Shown in pieces: positions 54,426-63,738 of a stretch of DNA of 64,000 nt. Location of the stretch: NCBI GenBank assembly GCA_022843945.1, contig JALHMR010000003.1, positions 164,837-228,836 on the forward strand, in the 5' to 3' direction. The DNA comes from Rhodospirillaceae bacterium. Its GTDB lineage: Bacteria > Pseudomonadota > Alphaproteobacteria > CACIAM-22H2. A program made the translations under genes and the position numbers. The notes under the pieces are model-generated. The model had not been told where the DNA came from. It worked only from the letters and a program-made list of their open reading frames with translations, and searched no databases. Position 1 is the first letter of the stretch, and every line of letters starts with the position of its first letter.

Positions 54426-55471
54426 CCCGCCACGGCGGGAAGCGCGGCGGCAAAGGCGCGTACTTGGGTCGGCCAGTCAGGAAAGCGGCGCCGGTGCAGA
54501 TACGCACCACGCGCCAGTTTCTCCCGCCGCCGGGACGATCCCAGGAGCGGACCCAGGGCGCGGGCTAGCGCCTGCACCTGCCCTGGCCGGACCAGGATTC
54601 CCGCTTGCCGCGGCACCACCTCCGACAGCGCCCCGGCACGGGCGCCCACGACCGGCACCCCGGAAGCGATGGCTTCGGCGAATGCCATGCCGTACCCCTC
54701 ATGCAGCGACGGGAGGGCAAACAGATCGGCGCGGGCATACAGCCGAGCCAGCGCCTGCGGAGAAATCACGCCGGCAAACCGCACGCGCCGGCCAAGACGC
54801 AGTTGTATCACCAGGGTGCGCAGGCGCCGTGCATGGCCTGCATTCCGGGACACGCCGCCGACACAGAGCAATCGCCAGCGCGCGCGGCGCAGCCTGGCCA
54901 GGGCGCGGAAGAGGACATCATGCGCCTTGCGCGGTGTCAGCGTTGCGACACTCAGCAGTCGCGCGTGACCTGCGCCGTGCCGCCGCCGGGGCGTGCCGCG
55001 CGCCGTGGCGGGCTCGACCACAGCAATGGATTGCGGATCGACACCAAGCGCGATGACATCGCGCCGTGTTCTCCTGCTGGTCACGACGATGTTCGCCAGC
55101 CGCGGCAGCAGGGTGCTTTCGATGCGTTTCAGGTTGGCAGCGGCACGCCGCGTAATCCCGGATTCGAGCCAGAGCGGATGATGCACGAGCCCGGCGATGC
55201 GATCGGCCCTGTCGAGGCACTCAAAGAAAGCCGGCAGCGCGAGACCGTCGATAATGGCGCGCTCCTCGCCGATTTTTTCGCGAGCGGTGCGGGCTGCCGC
55301 TACGGCCAGCTCATCCACCAATGGAAAACTACCAACCAGCTCATGCACGACAACGTGATGCCCGGACTCGATCAAGCCGGCAACGATCGCCGCATCATAG
55401 CGATAGCCGCCAGTGGCCTGATCGAGGGAACCCGGAACGACAAAATGAATCGTCTCAGAGGGTCGCTTCAT
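54422..55471 (-). CDS. Glycosyltransferase family 4
   Basis: TGGYRYD, LVHHP and EGYGMAFAE (EX7E) motifs. Confidence 0.88.
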   Translation of the reverse strand: MKRPSETIHFVVPGSLDQATGGYRYDAAIVAGLIESGHHVVVHELVGSFPLVDELAVAAARTAREKIGEERAIIDGLALPAFFECLDRADRIAGLVHHPLWLESGITRRAAANLKRIESTLLPRLANIVVTSRRTRRDVIALGVDPQSIAVVEPATARGTPRRRHGAGHARLLSVATLTPRKAHDVLFRALARLRRARWRLLCVGGVSRNAGHARRLRTLVIQLRLGRRVRFAGVISPQALARLYARADLFALPSLHEGYGMAFAEAIASGVPVVGARAGALSEVVPRQAGILVRPGQVQALARALGPLLGSSRRREKLARGAYLHRRRFPDWPTQVRAFAAALPAVAG

Positions 55472-55850
55472 AGGCCGCCCAGGCAACAGGCGATTCACGC
55501 AAGGTCACCTTGAGCGCTCCAAGTGCTCCGGACGTCTTGAGCTCACCCGCCGTAATACGGTCGCGCGCCCGACGCCAGATCTCGCGCGCCAGGAACTCGG
55601 TGGTCGTATTTACTGCCTTGAATGCCGGCTCGGCGTCGAGATTGCGGTAATCGAGGCCATCGAGAACCGCGCGCAGCAATTTGCGCAAGAGGCCGATATC
55701 CGCCACCAGGCCGTGAGCGTCCAATTCGGCGCGTCGCAATTCGAGCTCGACGGCGTAGGTGGCGCCGTGCAGGCCTTGCGCCGGCCCAAAGATCTCGCCC
55801 TTGAAACTATGGGCGATCATGAAGTGGTCACTGACGGCCAGGGAAAACAT
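55455..55850 (-). CDS. 6-pyruvoyl-tetrahydropterin synthase/QueD-family (COG0720) protein, atypical subtype
   Basis: MIAHS, FGPAQGLHGATY, LDYRNLD, TTEFLA and LRES motifs; lacks the CxxxHGH of QueD. Confidence 0.85.
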   Translation of the reverse strand: MFSLAVSDHFMIAHSFKGEIFGPAQGLHGATYAVELELRRAELDAHGLVADIGLLRKLLRAVLDGLDYRNLDAEPAFKAVNTTTEFLAREIWRRARDRITAGELKTSGALGALKVTLRESPVAWAAYEATL

Positions 55851-55856
55851 GGGGCT

Positions 55857-56849
55857 TCAACCGGAATAGCTGATAGGGGTGACCGGCGGCGTGACCGGAC
55901 GGGACAGGATACGCGCCATCTCCAACGGCAGGTTTACGAAAGGAACCGGCTCGCCGATCAGACGATCGAAGACCGGGTCGGCCAGCAGGGCCAGCGCCTG
56001 GGCCAGACGGTCCCGGGCCGAGATACGGTTGCGTCGCGCTGGCGATACGGCACCGACCTGAGAGCTCTTGATCGTCAGGCGCTTGGCGTGAAAGGCGCCA
56101 CCCAGCGGCAAGGTGACCGGCTGACTGCCAAACCAGGATAACGCGACGATCGTCGCCTCGAACGCGGCGAGCTCCAGCGCCGCGAGAAGCCCGTCCGGCT
56201 GACCGGACACTTCAAAGACAATCGGCGCTTCACGAGCCTGGCTTGCAGCCGGCACCACGCGAAAGCCGAGATCCCGGGCAAACGCCGCCCGCGACGGATC
56301 CGGCTCGACGATCTCGACCTCGGCTCCGGCCCGGTCGCGGGCGAGGAGGCCGACCATCAGCCCGACCGCCCCGGCACCGATAACGGCTGTCGGCACACCG
56401 GCCTGCGACTGGTCATCGGCAAGGCCGGAATCCCAGAGCCCGTTCAGGGCGGTTTCGAGATTGGCGCCGAGCGTGGCGCGGCGATCGGGTACCGCGTCCG
56501 GAACCGCCATCACGGAATCGCCCGGCACGACAAAACGGTCCTGATGCGGATGCAGGCAGAAGACCCGCCGGCCCTGCAGCTCCGGCGGCCCCTCCTCGAC
56601 CACGCCAACCGCGGCATAGCCGTATTTGACGGGCCAGGGAAACTCGCCGGACTGGAAGGGACACCGCATGCGGGACCATTCGCTTTCAGGGACCCGCCCG
56701 TAAAAGACCAAAGCCTCGGTTCCGCGGCTGATGGCACTGGCGCGGGTGCGGACCAGAACGTGCTTGTCGCTCGGCCGCGGCACGTTCTCGGGCCGCAACT
56801 CCCCGGTGCCTCGCGCCACTACCCAATAAGCCGTCCCCTGCACCGTCAT
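55857..56849 (-). CDS. MDR/zinc-binding alcohol dehydrogenase-like protein
   Basis: GAGAVG Rossmann motif; SAISRGTE and KYGY replace the usual catalytic-zinc motifs. Confidence 0.82.
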   Translation of the reverse strand: MTVQGTAYWVVARGTGELRPENVPRPSDKHVLVRTRASAISRGTEALVFYGRVPESEWSRMRCPFQSGEFPWPVKYGYAAVGVVEEGPPELQGRRVFCLHPHQDRFVVPGDSVMAVPDAVPDRRATLGANLETALNGLWDSGLADDQSQAGVPTAVIGAGAVGLMVGLLARDRAGAEVEIVEPDPSRAAFARDLGFRVVPAASQAREAPIVFEVSGQPDGLLAALELAAFEATIVALSWFGSQPVTLPLGGAFHAKRLTIKSSQVGAVSPARRNRISARDRLAQALALLADPVFDRLIGEPVPFVNLPLEMARILSRPVTPPVTPISYSG

Positions 56850-56852
56850 TGT

Positions 56853-57752
56853 CTACGACGGGCGCTCGAACATGCATTCGAACAACACATCGTCACCGAA
56901 CTCGAACCGGCGGATGGGGGGCCGTAGCGCCTCGTCCATCCGGGCTATCGCAGGCAAGACCACTCCCGGACGCCCCGAGCCGATGATGACCGGCGCAATC
57001 GTGATCTGCAGCCGCGACAGCGCGCCGGCGCGCAGAAAGCGCGAGATGGTCACGCCGCCGCCCTCGACCAGCAATGAGCGCACACCACGCGCTGCCAGAG
57101 CGGATAGCAGCGCCTGAACGTCGATCCAGTCGTCCGAACGCGGCACGCCCAGCAGTTCCGCTCGCCCGATATGCGTCGAGCCGGTTTTCAGGTGATCCTG
57201 CGCGCAGACGACCAGCGTCGGAGCCGCGCCATCGTTGAACAGGCGGTGGTGGTCCCGCAGCCGCCGGTTCGTATCGATGACGATGCGCGTAGGGCTGGGG
57301 CCTTCGCACAGACGAACCGTGAGCTGCGGATCGTCCGCGGCCACCGTCCCGGCCCCCACCAGGATCCCGTCCACCAGCGCCCGCATGCGATGAAGGTGGA
57401 GAATATTCGGCGCGCTGTTGATGAAGCGTGAATTGCCGGATTCCGTGGCGATCTTTCCATCCAGGCTCTGCCCAAGATGGCCGATGACCGGCGGCGGGCC
57501 AGCCGCCGTCATGCACAAGGGTAGGTAGAGCTCGAAAAGGCGGGCGACGGCCGGGCTGGCGTCCCGGGCCCCGGCAATGGAGTGCGGCTCGTTGCCCGGA
57601 TTCCGGTTGAAACGGCGGAGGTCGAGGATCGCCTTCCACGCGGCCGCCTCGTCCAGGGGGCCGGCGGTCGCGGGGCTGGAACCGGGGCCCACCGTCCTAT
57701 TATTGTCCGGACTGTCATACATTGTTGCCTGCCGTTCGAGCGACATGCTCAT
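56853..57752 (-). CDS. RibD C-terminal (pyrimidine reductase) domain protein without deaminase domain
   Basis: GQSLDGKIA, LVGAGTVAADDPQLTVR and LLVEGGG motifs. Confidence 0.85.
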   Translation of the reverse strand: MSMSLERQATMYDSPDNNRTVGPGSSPATAGPLDEAAAWKAILDLRRFNRNPGNEPHSIAGARDASPAVARLFELYLPLCMTAAGPPPVIGHLGQSLDGKIATESGNSRFINSAPNILHLHRMRALVDGILVGAGTVAADDPQLTVRLCEGPSPTRIVIDTNRRLRDHHRLFNDGAAPTLVVCAQDHLKTGSTHIGRAELLGVPRSDDWIDVQALLSALAARGVRSLLVEGGGVTISRFLRAGALSRLQITIAPVIIGSGRPGVVLPAIARMDEALRPPIRRFEFGDDVLFECMFERPS

Positions 57753-57788
57753 CTATCTCCCCCGCCGGAATAGGTTTACAACCCCCCG

Positions 57789-58895
57789 ATGACTCGCGAC
57801 AGCTTGATCGCTACCACGCACAAACCCGCAGCACTGGGAGAGGTCCGACGCGCCATCGACCGCTTCCGGCGCGGCGATCCCGTGGTGATCGCGCATCAGG
57901 GTGGCCTTGTCCTCGCCTTCGCGGCCGAGACCCTGGTCGAGCCAACCCTGGTCGAGGCGCAGGGGCTGGTCCAGGAGCTTTTGCTGGTCACCACCGGATA
58001 CCGGGCCTCCGCGCTCGGCCTCGGCGCATCTCCGTCCCAGCCGGCCATCATCCGCCTGCCCCGCCGGCCGACCCTTTCCCAGATACGGGCGGTGACCGAT
58101 CCCACCACGCTCGCCGGACAGGTGGCGCCCATCGGCACGGTGCAGACTGACGATGACGCCCATCGGCCCTTCGTGACGGCTTCCATAACCCTGACGAAGC
58201 TGGCCGGATTGATGCCCGCGTCCGTGATCGGCGATATCGCGGCGCCACCGCCGGGTGTTCCGGTAGTGACCAGCAGCGACATCATCGATTTCAGTCAGAA
58301 TTCGGCCCGCTGGCTGGACCGCGTCGCGGAAGCCCGGATGCCGCTGGCCGCCAGCGAAAAAACCCACATCGTGGCCTTCCGTCCCTACGACGGCGGTCCC
58401 GAGGCGCTGGCCATCGTCATTGGCGAGTATGATGTCGCTGAACCCGTGCTGACCCGTATCCATTCGGCCTGCTTTACCGGTGATCTGCTGGGCAGCTTGC
58501 GCTGCGATTGCGGTGATCAGCTGCGCGGCGCCATCGAAATCATCGCGGCCTCGGGCGGCGGCGTGGTTGTCTACCTGCCCCAGGAAGGGCGCGGCATCGG
58601 CCTCGTCAACAAGCTGCGGGCCTATGCTCTGCAGGATTCCGGCCTCGATACGTTCGACGCCAACCAGCACCTGGGCTTCCAGCCGGACGAACGTTCCTAT
58701 GCCATGGCCGGCGAGATCCTGCGCCAGCTCGGCATCAGTCGGATACGGCTGCTCACCAACAATCCGGAAAAAATCGACGCCATCGCCTCACTCGGATGCG
58801 AGGTTGTGGAGCGGGTACCCCTCGCGTTCGACGCCAATCCGCACAACAGGAACTATCTGCTCGCGAAGGCACGCCGCAGCAGTCACAATTTCTAA
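57789..58895 (+). CDS. ribA: GTP cyclohydrolase II with degenerate N-terminal RibB-like region
   Basis: RIHSACFTGD...RCDCG, QEGRGIG, KLRAYALQD and LLTNNPEK motifs. Confidence 0.9.
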   Translation: MTRDSLIATTHKPAALGEVRRAIDRFRRGDPVVIAHQGGLVLAFAAETLVEPTLVEAQGLVQELLLVTTGYRASALGLGASPSQPAIIRLPRRPTLSQIRAVTDPTTLAGQVAPIGTVQTDDDAHRPFVTASITLTKLAGLMPASVIGDIAAPPPGVPVVTSSDIIDFSQNSARWLDRVAEARMPLAASEKTHIVAFRPYDGGPEALAIVIGEYDVAEPVLTRIHSACFTGDLLGSLRCDCGDQLRGAIEIIAASGGGVVVYLPQEGRGIGLVNKLRAYALQDSGLDTFDANQHLGFQPDERSYAMAGEILRQLGISRIRLLTNNPEKIDAIASLGCEVVERVPLAFDANPHNRNYLLAKARRSSHNF

Positions 58896-58932
58896 CACCA
58901 GACGACGGGCTTCATTCCGGCTCACTGTAAAT

Positions 58933-59487
58933 TTAGCCGGAGATCATCCGCAGCAGGACGCGGTCCCGGCGTACGAAATGATGGAACAGCGCCGCCCCGA
59001 TATGCAGCGCCGCCAGCCCCGCGATCGTCAGGCCGACGAGCCCGTGCACGGACAGGAGCTGCTCCGACAACGCGCGGTTCGGGGCAAGGAGCGGCGGCAG
59101 CTCGAATAACCCGAAGACCGGCACCGGCGCCGGATAGGCTGAGGTGCCCGCCCAGCCGAGCAACGGCTGGACAATCAGCAGCGCATAGAGCACCCAGTGC
59201 ATGGCCTGCGCCGCAAGTCTCTGCACCGGCGGGATATCGCCCGGCAGCGGCGGCGGCTTGTGGGTCAGACGATAGGCCAGTCGCACGACGACCAGCAGGA
59301 GCAGCAACGCACCAACCGATTTGTGCAGGCTGTAGAGCGCGTCCTGCAGCTTCCCACCCCATTCATTGGCGATGATGATGCCGACCGGCACCATAGTCAG
59401 CACCAAAGCGGCTGTAACCCAATGCAGCACCCGAGCAGTTGGCGTGTAACCGGGTGCCTGCGATCCCTCGGCGGGAAGATGGGACAT
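58933..59487 (-). CDS. Cytochrome b561 family protein
   Basis: LHW, LHKSVG, MHWVLY, VHG and LHIGAALFH heme ligands; four TM helices. Confidence 0.9.
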   Translation of the reverse strand: MSHLPAEGSQAPGYTPTARVLHWVTAALVLTMVPVGIIIANEWGGKLQDALYSLHKSVGALLLLLVVVRLAYRLTHKPPPLPGDIPPVQRLAAQAMHWVLYALLIVQPLLGWAGTSAYPAPVPVFGLFELPPLLAPNRALSEQLLSVHGLVGLTIAGLAALHIGAALFHHFVRRDRVLLRMISG

Positions 59488-59543
59488 ATCGTGCCTCCTC
59501 GTCGCTGTTGGCCATCACAGGCGAACAGTATACCGACATAGAC

Positions 59544-59582
59544 GTTCGAGTCCTTTCACTCCCACCAATTTCTCAAACCGGA
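59544..59582 (+). repeat. Degenerate direct repeat of the tRNA-Pro 3' end (attR-like)
   Basis: GTTCGAGTCCTTTCACTCCCACCAATTTCTCAAACCGGA versus GTTCGAATCCTCTCACTCCGACCAATTTTTCAAACCGGA at 39978-40016. Confidence 0.85.
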
Positions 59583-59675
59583 AAGCCCAAGCTCTACCAC
59601 GGGCGCGGCACCGCGCCTTATCCAGCGACCTCTTCTGCGCCTTACGGATCCTCGATGGCGTGATCGGGATGCTGG

Positions 59676-61085
59676 TCACCGTCTGCAACGCGTCGCCGCC
59701 GCCGCACCGGCGATGCGGCCCAAGCCGATGGCGGCCAGCAACCCGTTGCCCGAAAGATAACCCCACACGGCAGGCCCCGAGACACCGCATGCCGCCCCGC
59801 CGGCGGCGAACAGATTGGGGAGTGCCGCCCCGCTCGCTCGCAGCACCCGGGCGCGCTCATCGACCAGCAATCCACCCTGGGTATGAAACAGCGCCCCTGT
59901 CACCTTGACGCCATAAAAGGGCGCGGCGAGAACCGGCTTTGTCGAGAAATCACGGCCGAACGGGTCGGATTGCCTGCCACTGGCTGCCTCGATCGTCGCC
60001 GCGAGGGTACCCTCGAGCGTCGCTTCAGGCAGCCCGAGCGACCGTGCAAGAGTCCGTATGTCTGCCGCGCTGCGGATCGCCCCCGCCGCCGCAGCGTTGC
60101 GATAGTCCTCGAATTGCAGCGCGATCCTGTGCCGGGGCTCATCGTAAATGTCCCAGGCAACGCCGCCCGGCTGGGCGAGAACGGCGACAGCCTGCTCGGA
60201 GTATCCCTGATGCTCATCGGAGAAGCGCTGGCCTGCGGCATTCACCTGGAATCCGCCCTCCATCATCAGCGCCCAGGTGATCAGGATGTTGTGTGGCGTC
60301 GCTACCGATCCGTGGCCCTGGTAGGCGCCCATGTCCCGCGTCCCCGCGCCGAGCGCCGTGCCCCAGGCGATGGCGTCTCCTTCGTTTCCCGCGTGGCCGA
60401 AGAACAGCGCCGAGGCTGCTTCCGGAATGTGGCGCCGCACGAGGTCACGGTTGCCCCCAAAGCCGCTGCAGGCCAGCACGAGCGCCTCGCAGCCGATCGT
60501 CTCGGTCGTGCCGTCAGGCCGGTCGAGGCCGACGCCCACGACGCGATCGGCACTGACATAGAGCGCGTGAACATGGGCATCGGTCACCACATCGACGCCC
60601 GCCCGCGTCACTGCACTTGTCAGGCAAGCCATGAGCTCGGCTCCCGTGCGTTGCGGTGTGCCGTGCATGCGCAGAAGCGAGTGACCCGGATAGAGAAACC
60701 CCTCCACCAGCTCAAACGGCACGCCATGAGCATCCGCCAGCCATTCGAGTGTCGGGCCGATGCTCGTCGTTAGCGCTTCCACCAGGCGTGGGGCAGCGAG
60801 GCCCTTGGCTTTCGCCTGAATGTCCCGGGCGAACCGCGCTGGCGTGTCGGTGACGCCCTTCGCCGCCTGGAACCTGGTTCCCGCGGCGGGCACCAGGCCC
60901 GATGACAAGGCGGTCGAGCCCCGCGGCACCGTATCGCGTTCCAGCACCATGACCTGAGCGCCGCTCTCACGCGCCGCCAGCGCAGCCGTGAGGCCTGCTG
61001 CCCCCGCCCCAACGATCAACACGGGCACGGAGACCGGAAAATCGACCCTACCTGCGGGCAAAACCGTGGGCGCGAACCGCTTCAT
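59676..61085 (-). CDS. FAD-dependent oxidoreductase (succinate dehydrogenase/fumarate reductase flavoprotein-like)
   Basis: IVGAGAAG, GSTALSSG, HTQGGL, NLFAAG and YLSGNGL motifs. Confidence 0.87.
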   Translation of the reverse strand: MKRFAPTVLPAGRVDFPVSVPVLIVGAGAAGLTAALAARESGAQVMVLERDTVPRGSTALSSGLVPAAGTRFQAAKGVTDTPARFARDIQAKAKGLAAPRLVEALTTSIGPTLEWLADAHGVPFELVEGFLYPGHSLLRMHGTPQRTGAELMACLTSAVTRAGVDVVTDAHVHALYVSADRVVGVGLDRPDGTTETIGCEALVLACSGFGGNRDLVRRHIPEAASALFFGHAGNEGDAIAWGTALGAGTRDMGAYQGHGSVATPHNILITWALMMEGGFQVNAAGQRFSDEHQGYSEQAVAVLAQPGGVAWDIYDEPRHRIALQFEDYRNAAAAGAIRSAADIRTLARSLGLPEATLEGTLAATIEAASGRQSDPFGRDFSTKPVLAAPFYGVKVTGALFHTQGGLLVDERARVLRASGAALPNLFAAGGAACGVSGPAVWGYLSGNGLLAAIGLGRIAGAAAATRCRR

Positions 61086-61690
61086 GCGCCGAGGGCGGCG
61101 GCCAGCTCCGCGCAGGTCATGACAGGCGAGACCGCCGAGAGCGCCGCGACCGTCGATTGGTGGACGTCGTCGCTGAACGCCGCGCAGCCATCGGAGAGCA
61201 GCACCGTAGTGAAGTCGCGCACATGCGCGTCGCGCAAGGTTGACGCAACCCCGCCGTTGGTCACGATACCGGCGAAGATAAGGGTTTCCACCCCCAGCTT
61301 GCGCAACACGAACTCCATGCGGCTCATGTAGAAGGCTGAATAGGCCACCTTCTCGATGGCGATATCGGCCGGCTGCAGCTCATCGATCAAGGCGTGCCCG
61401 AAGCTGCCGGGCACGAAGTCGCCCTTGGCGAGGAAGGGGCGCAGCTTCTTCAGGTGCGGCGAGATGATCGGCTCGCCGCCCCGCCCCGGAACCAGGGTGA
61501 AATGCGTCGAGACGATCAGGATACCGGCCCGGCGCGCCGCCTCGACCACCGGTCGCAAACGGCCCGGCAGCGCGGCAATCGCAGGCGCCGTCTGGCCAGC
61601 CCGGCCGTAGGCGCCCATTGGGTGCAGGAAGTCATTCTGCAGATCAGCCAGAATCAGGGCGGTGGTCGTTGCCTCAAAACGGCGGGTCAT
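61082..61690 (-). CDS. Isochorismatase/cysteine hydrolase family protein (catalytic Cys absent)
   Basis: DLQNDF, EKVAYSAF and GIVTNGGVAST motifs. Confidence 0.85.
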   Translation of the reverse strand: MTRRFEATTTALILADLQNDFLHPMGAYGRAGQTAPAIAALPGRLRPVVEAARRAGILIVSTHFTLVPGRGGEPIISPHLKKLRPFLAKGDFVPGSFGHALIDELQPADIAIEKVAYSAFYMSRMEFVLRKLGVETLIFAGIVTNGGVASTLRDAHVRDFTTVLLSDGCAAFSDDVHQSTVAALSAVSPVMTCAELAAALGA

Positions 61691-63738
61691 GATTTGCGCC
61701 TCAGGATGACGTTACCAAAGCCGTCCACCTGCGCGACAAGCTCCGGATCGATCCAGGTCGTCGCGTCGGGCTGCTCGAGGATCGCCGGGCCGGGGATTTC
61801 AGCCGCGACCGGCAGCGTCAACCGGTCGTAGATGCGCGTGGTGTGCGGCTGGCCTTCGAACCACACTTGGCGCTCCCCGGTTTGGGCCTCGGCAAGGCTG
61901 CCTCCGGCGGGCCGCAGCCGCGCCAGATCGAGCTTGGGCCGCTTGCCGATCACGGCCACGCGCAGGGTCAGGACACGGATGGCGATGCCCTCGAGCAACC
62001 GGCCGAAAGCCCGGCGGTAAGCGGCCTCGAAGGCCTGGCGGATCGAAAGGCCGGTCAGGTTTCGCACCGTGTCGGCTGGAAGCGACGTCGCCACCGTGTG
62101 GGTCTGCCCGATATACGACATATCGAGTTCGATCTCGGTCTCGATTCCTTCGAGCGCCACGCCGCTGTCCCCGAGCAATACCCGCCCGTCGCGCTCCACG
62201 TCGGCGATCGAAGCCCCAAGCGCACCCACGTCCAGGTCGTCGAGCGCCCGGTTCACGGTGTGCACGTAGTCGTGGCGCATATCGGCGATCACACAGCCCA
62301 GTGCCGAGGTGACACCGGGAAAGCGCGGCACCAGCGCCGAGGCGAGACCGACCGCCTTGATCAGCGAACCGGCGTGCAGCCCCCCGGCACCGCCGAAGGG
62401 CATCAGGGAGAAGCGCTTGGGATCGTGGCCGCGCTCGATCGACACCAGGCGAATGGCGCCTGCCATGTGCGAGTTCGCGATGCGCAGTATTGCCTCGGCT
62501 GCGGCATACGTGTCGAGCTTGAGGGGCCGACCGACGGCCGCGTCGATAGCCGCCTTGGCTGCCGCCGCATCGAGCCTTTGCAGCTTGCCGCCGATCGGCC
62601 GATCCGCGTTGATGCGGCCAAGAACCAGGTTGGCGTCGGTGACCGTGGGGCGATCGCCCTTGCCGTAGCAAGCGGGCCCGGGATCCGACCCAGCCGATTC
62701 CGGACCGACCTGCAGCAGGCCGCCGCGATCGATGCCGGCGACCGAGCCCCCACCCGCACCGATCGTGGTGATCTCGATCATCGGCGTGCGTACGACCAGG
62801 CCGAAATCGATGGTCGTTTGCGCCGCAAGCACCGAGCGCCCGCCCGCGATCAGCGCCACGTCGAAGCTCGTGCCCCCCATGTCCCCGGTGATGATGTTCG
62901 GGAATCCGGCCGTGTTCGCAATATGAGCCGCGGCGATGACACCCGCCGCCGGCCCGGAAAGGGCAGTCCGCACGGGAAGACGGGTCGCCGTCGCCACCGA
63001 CATGACACCGCCATTCGACTGCACGATCAGCAACTGGCCTTTGCTGCCCCGTTCCCTGAGGCGCTTGTCCAGCGCCGCGAAATAGGAGGCGACCACGGGC
63101 TGCAGATAAGCGTTGAGCGCGGTCGTCGAGGTGCGCTCGAACTCCCGGATTTCCGGGAGGATCTCGCTGGACGCCGTCAGGTAGTCGTTGGGCCAGACCT
63201 CCCGCAGCGCCGCCAGGGCTGCCCGCTCATTGGCCGCGTTGGCGTACGAATTGATGAAGACGACGGCGACGGACTCCGCCCCGCGCTCGCGCAGCATGCG
63301 CGCCACTCGCTTCACCTCGTCCGGGTCGACCGCCGCGCGAATGGTGCCGTCCGCCAGGGTTCGCTCGGCAACCTCTAGGCGCAAGTCGCGCGGCACCACG
63401 GGAATGAACTCGCCCCACAGGCCCCAGGTCTGCCGCCGGTCGCGGCGGCGCATCTCCAGGACATCGGCAAAGCCAGATGTGGTGATGATGCCCGTGCGCG
63501 CCCCTTTGCGCTCGAGCAGCGCGTTGGTGCCCACCGTCGTGCCGTGGACGATCGCCGCCAGATTGGCAAAGGGGTGACCGCCGGCGGCGATGCCATCGAG
63601 GAAGCCAATGGACTGGTCGCCGCGGGTCGAGGGCACTTTGCGCGTGGCAAGGGCGCCCGATGCCTCGTCGTAGAAGAAGAGGTCGGTAAACGTGCCACCG
63701 ACATCGACGCCGACAACGATGGAAGGCTTCGTCGTCAT
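61687..63738 (-). CDS. Hydantoinase/oxoprolinase A subunit (ATP-binding)
   Basis: GVDVGGTFTD, HGTTVGTNALLE, SGPAAG, DMGGTSFD and GAGGGS motifs. Confidence 0.92.
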   Translation of the reverse strand: MTTKPSIVVGVDVGGTFTDLFFYDEASGALATRKVPSTRGDQSIGFLDGIAAGGHPFANLAAIVHGTTVGTNALLERKGARTGIITTSGFADVLEMRRRDRRQTWGLWGEFIPVVPRDLRLEVAERTLADGTIRAAVDPDEVKRVARMLRERGAESVAVVFINSYANAANERAALAALREVWPNDYLTASSEILPEIREFERTSTTALNAYLQPVVASYFAALDKRLRERGSKGQLLIVQSNGGVMSVATATRLPVRTALSGPAAGVIAAAHIANTAGFPNIITGDMGGTSFDVALIAGGRSVLAAQTTIDFGLVVRTPMIEITTIGAGGGSVAGIDRGGLLQVGPESAGSDPGPACYGKGDRPTVTDANLVLGRINADRPIGGKLQRLDAAAAKAAIDAAVGRPLKLDTYAAAEAILRIANSHMAGAIRLVSIERGHDPKRFSLMPFGGAGGLHAGSLIKAVGLASALVPRFPGVTSALGCVIADMRHDYVHTVNRALDDLDVGALGASIADVERDGRVLLGDSGVALEGIETEIELDMSYIGQTHTVATSLPADTVRNLTGLSIRQAFEAAYRRAFGRLLEGIAIRVLTLRVAVIGKRPKLDLARLRPAGGSLAEAQTGERQVWFEGQPHTTRIYDRLTLPVAAEIPGPAILEQPDATTWIDPELVAQVDGFGNVILRRKS

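Noticed and set aside
55455-55850. Calling the PTPS homolog queD
   Set aside because: No CxxxHGH motif and no queC, queE or queF nearby
59544-59582. A second tRNA gene
   Set aside because: Only the 3' part is present, with no D-arm or anticodon arm; treated as an att-like repeat
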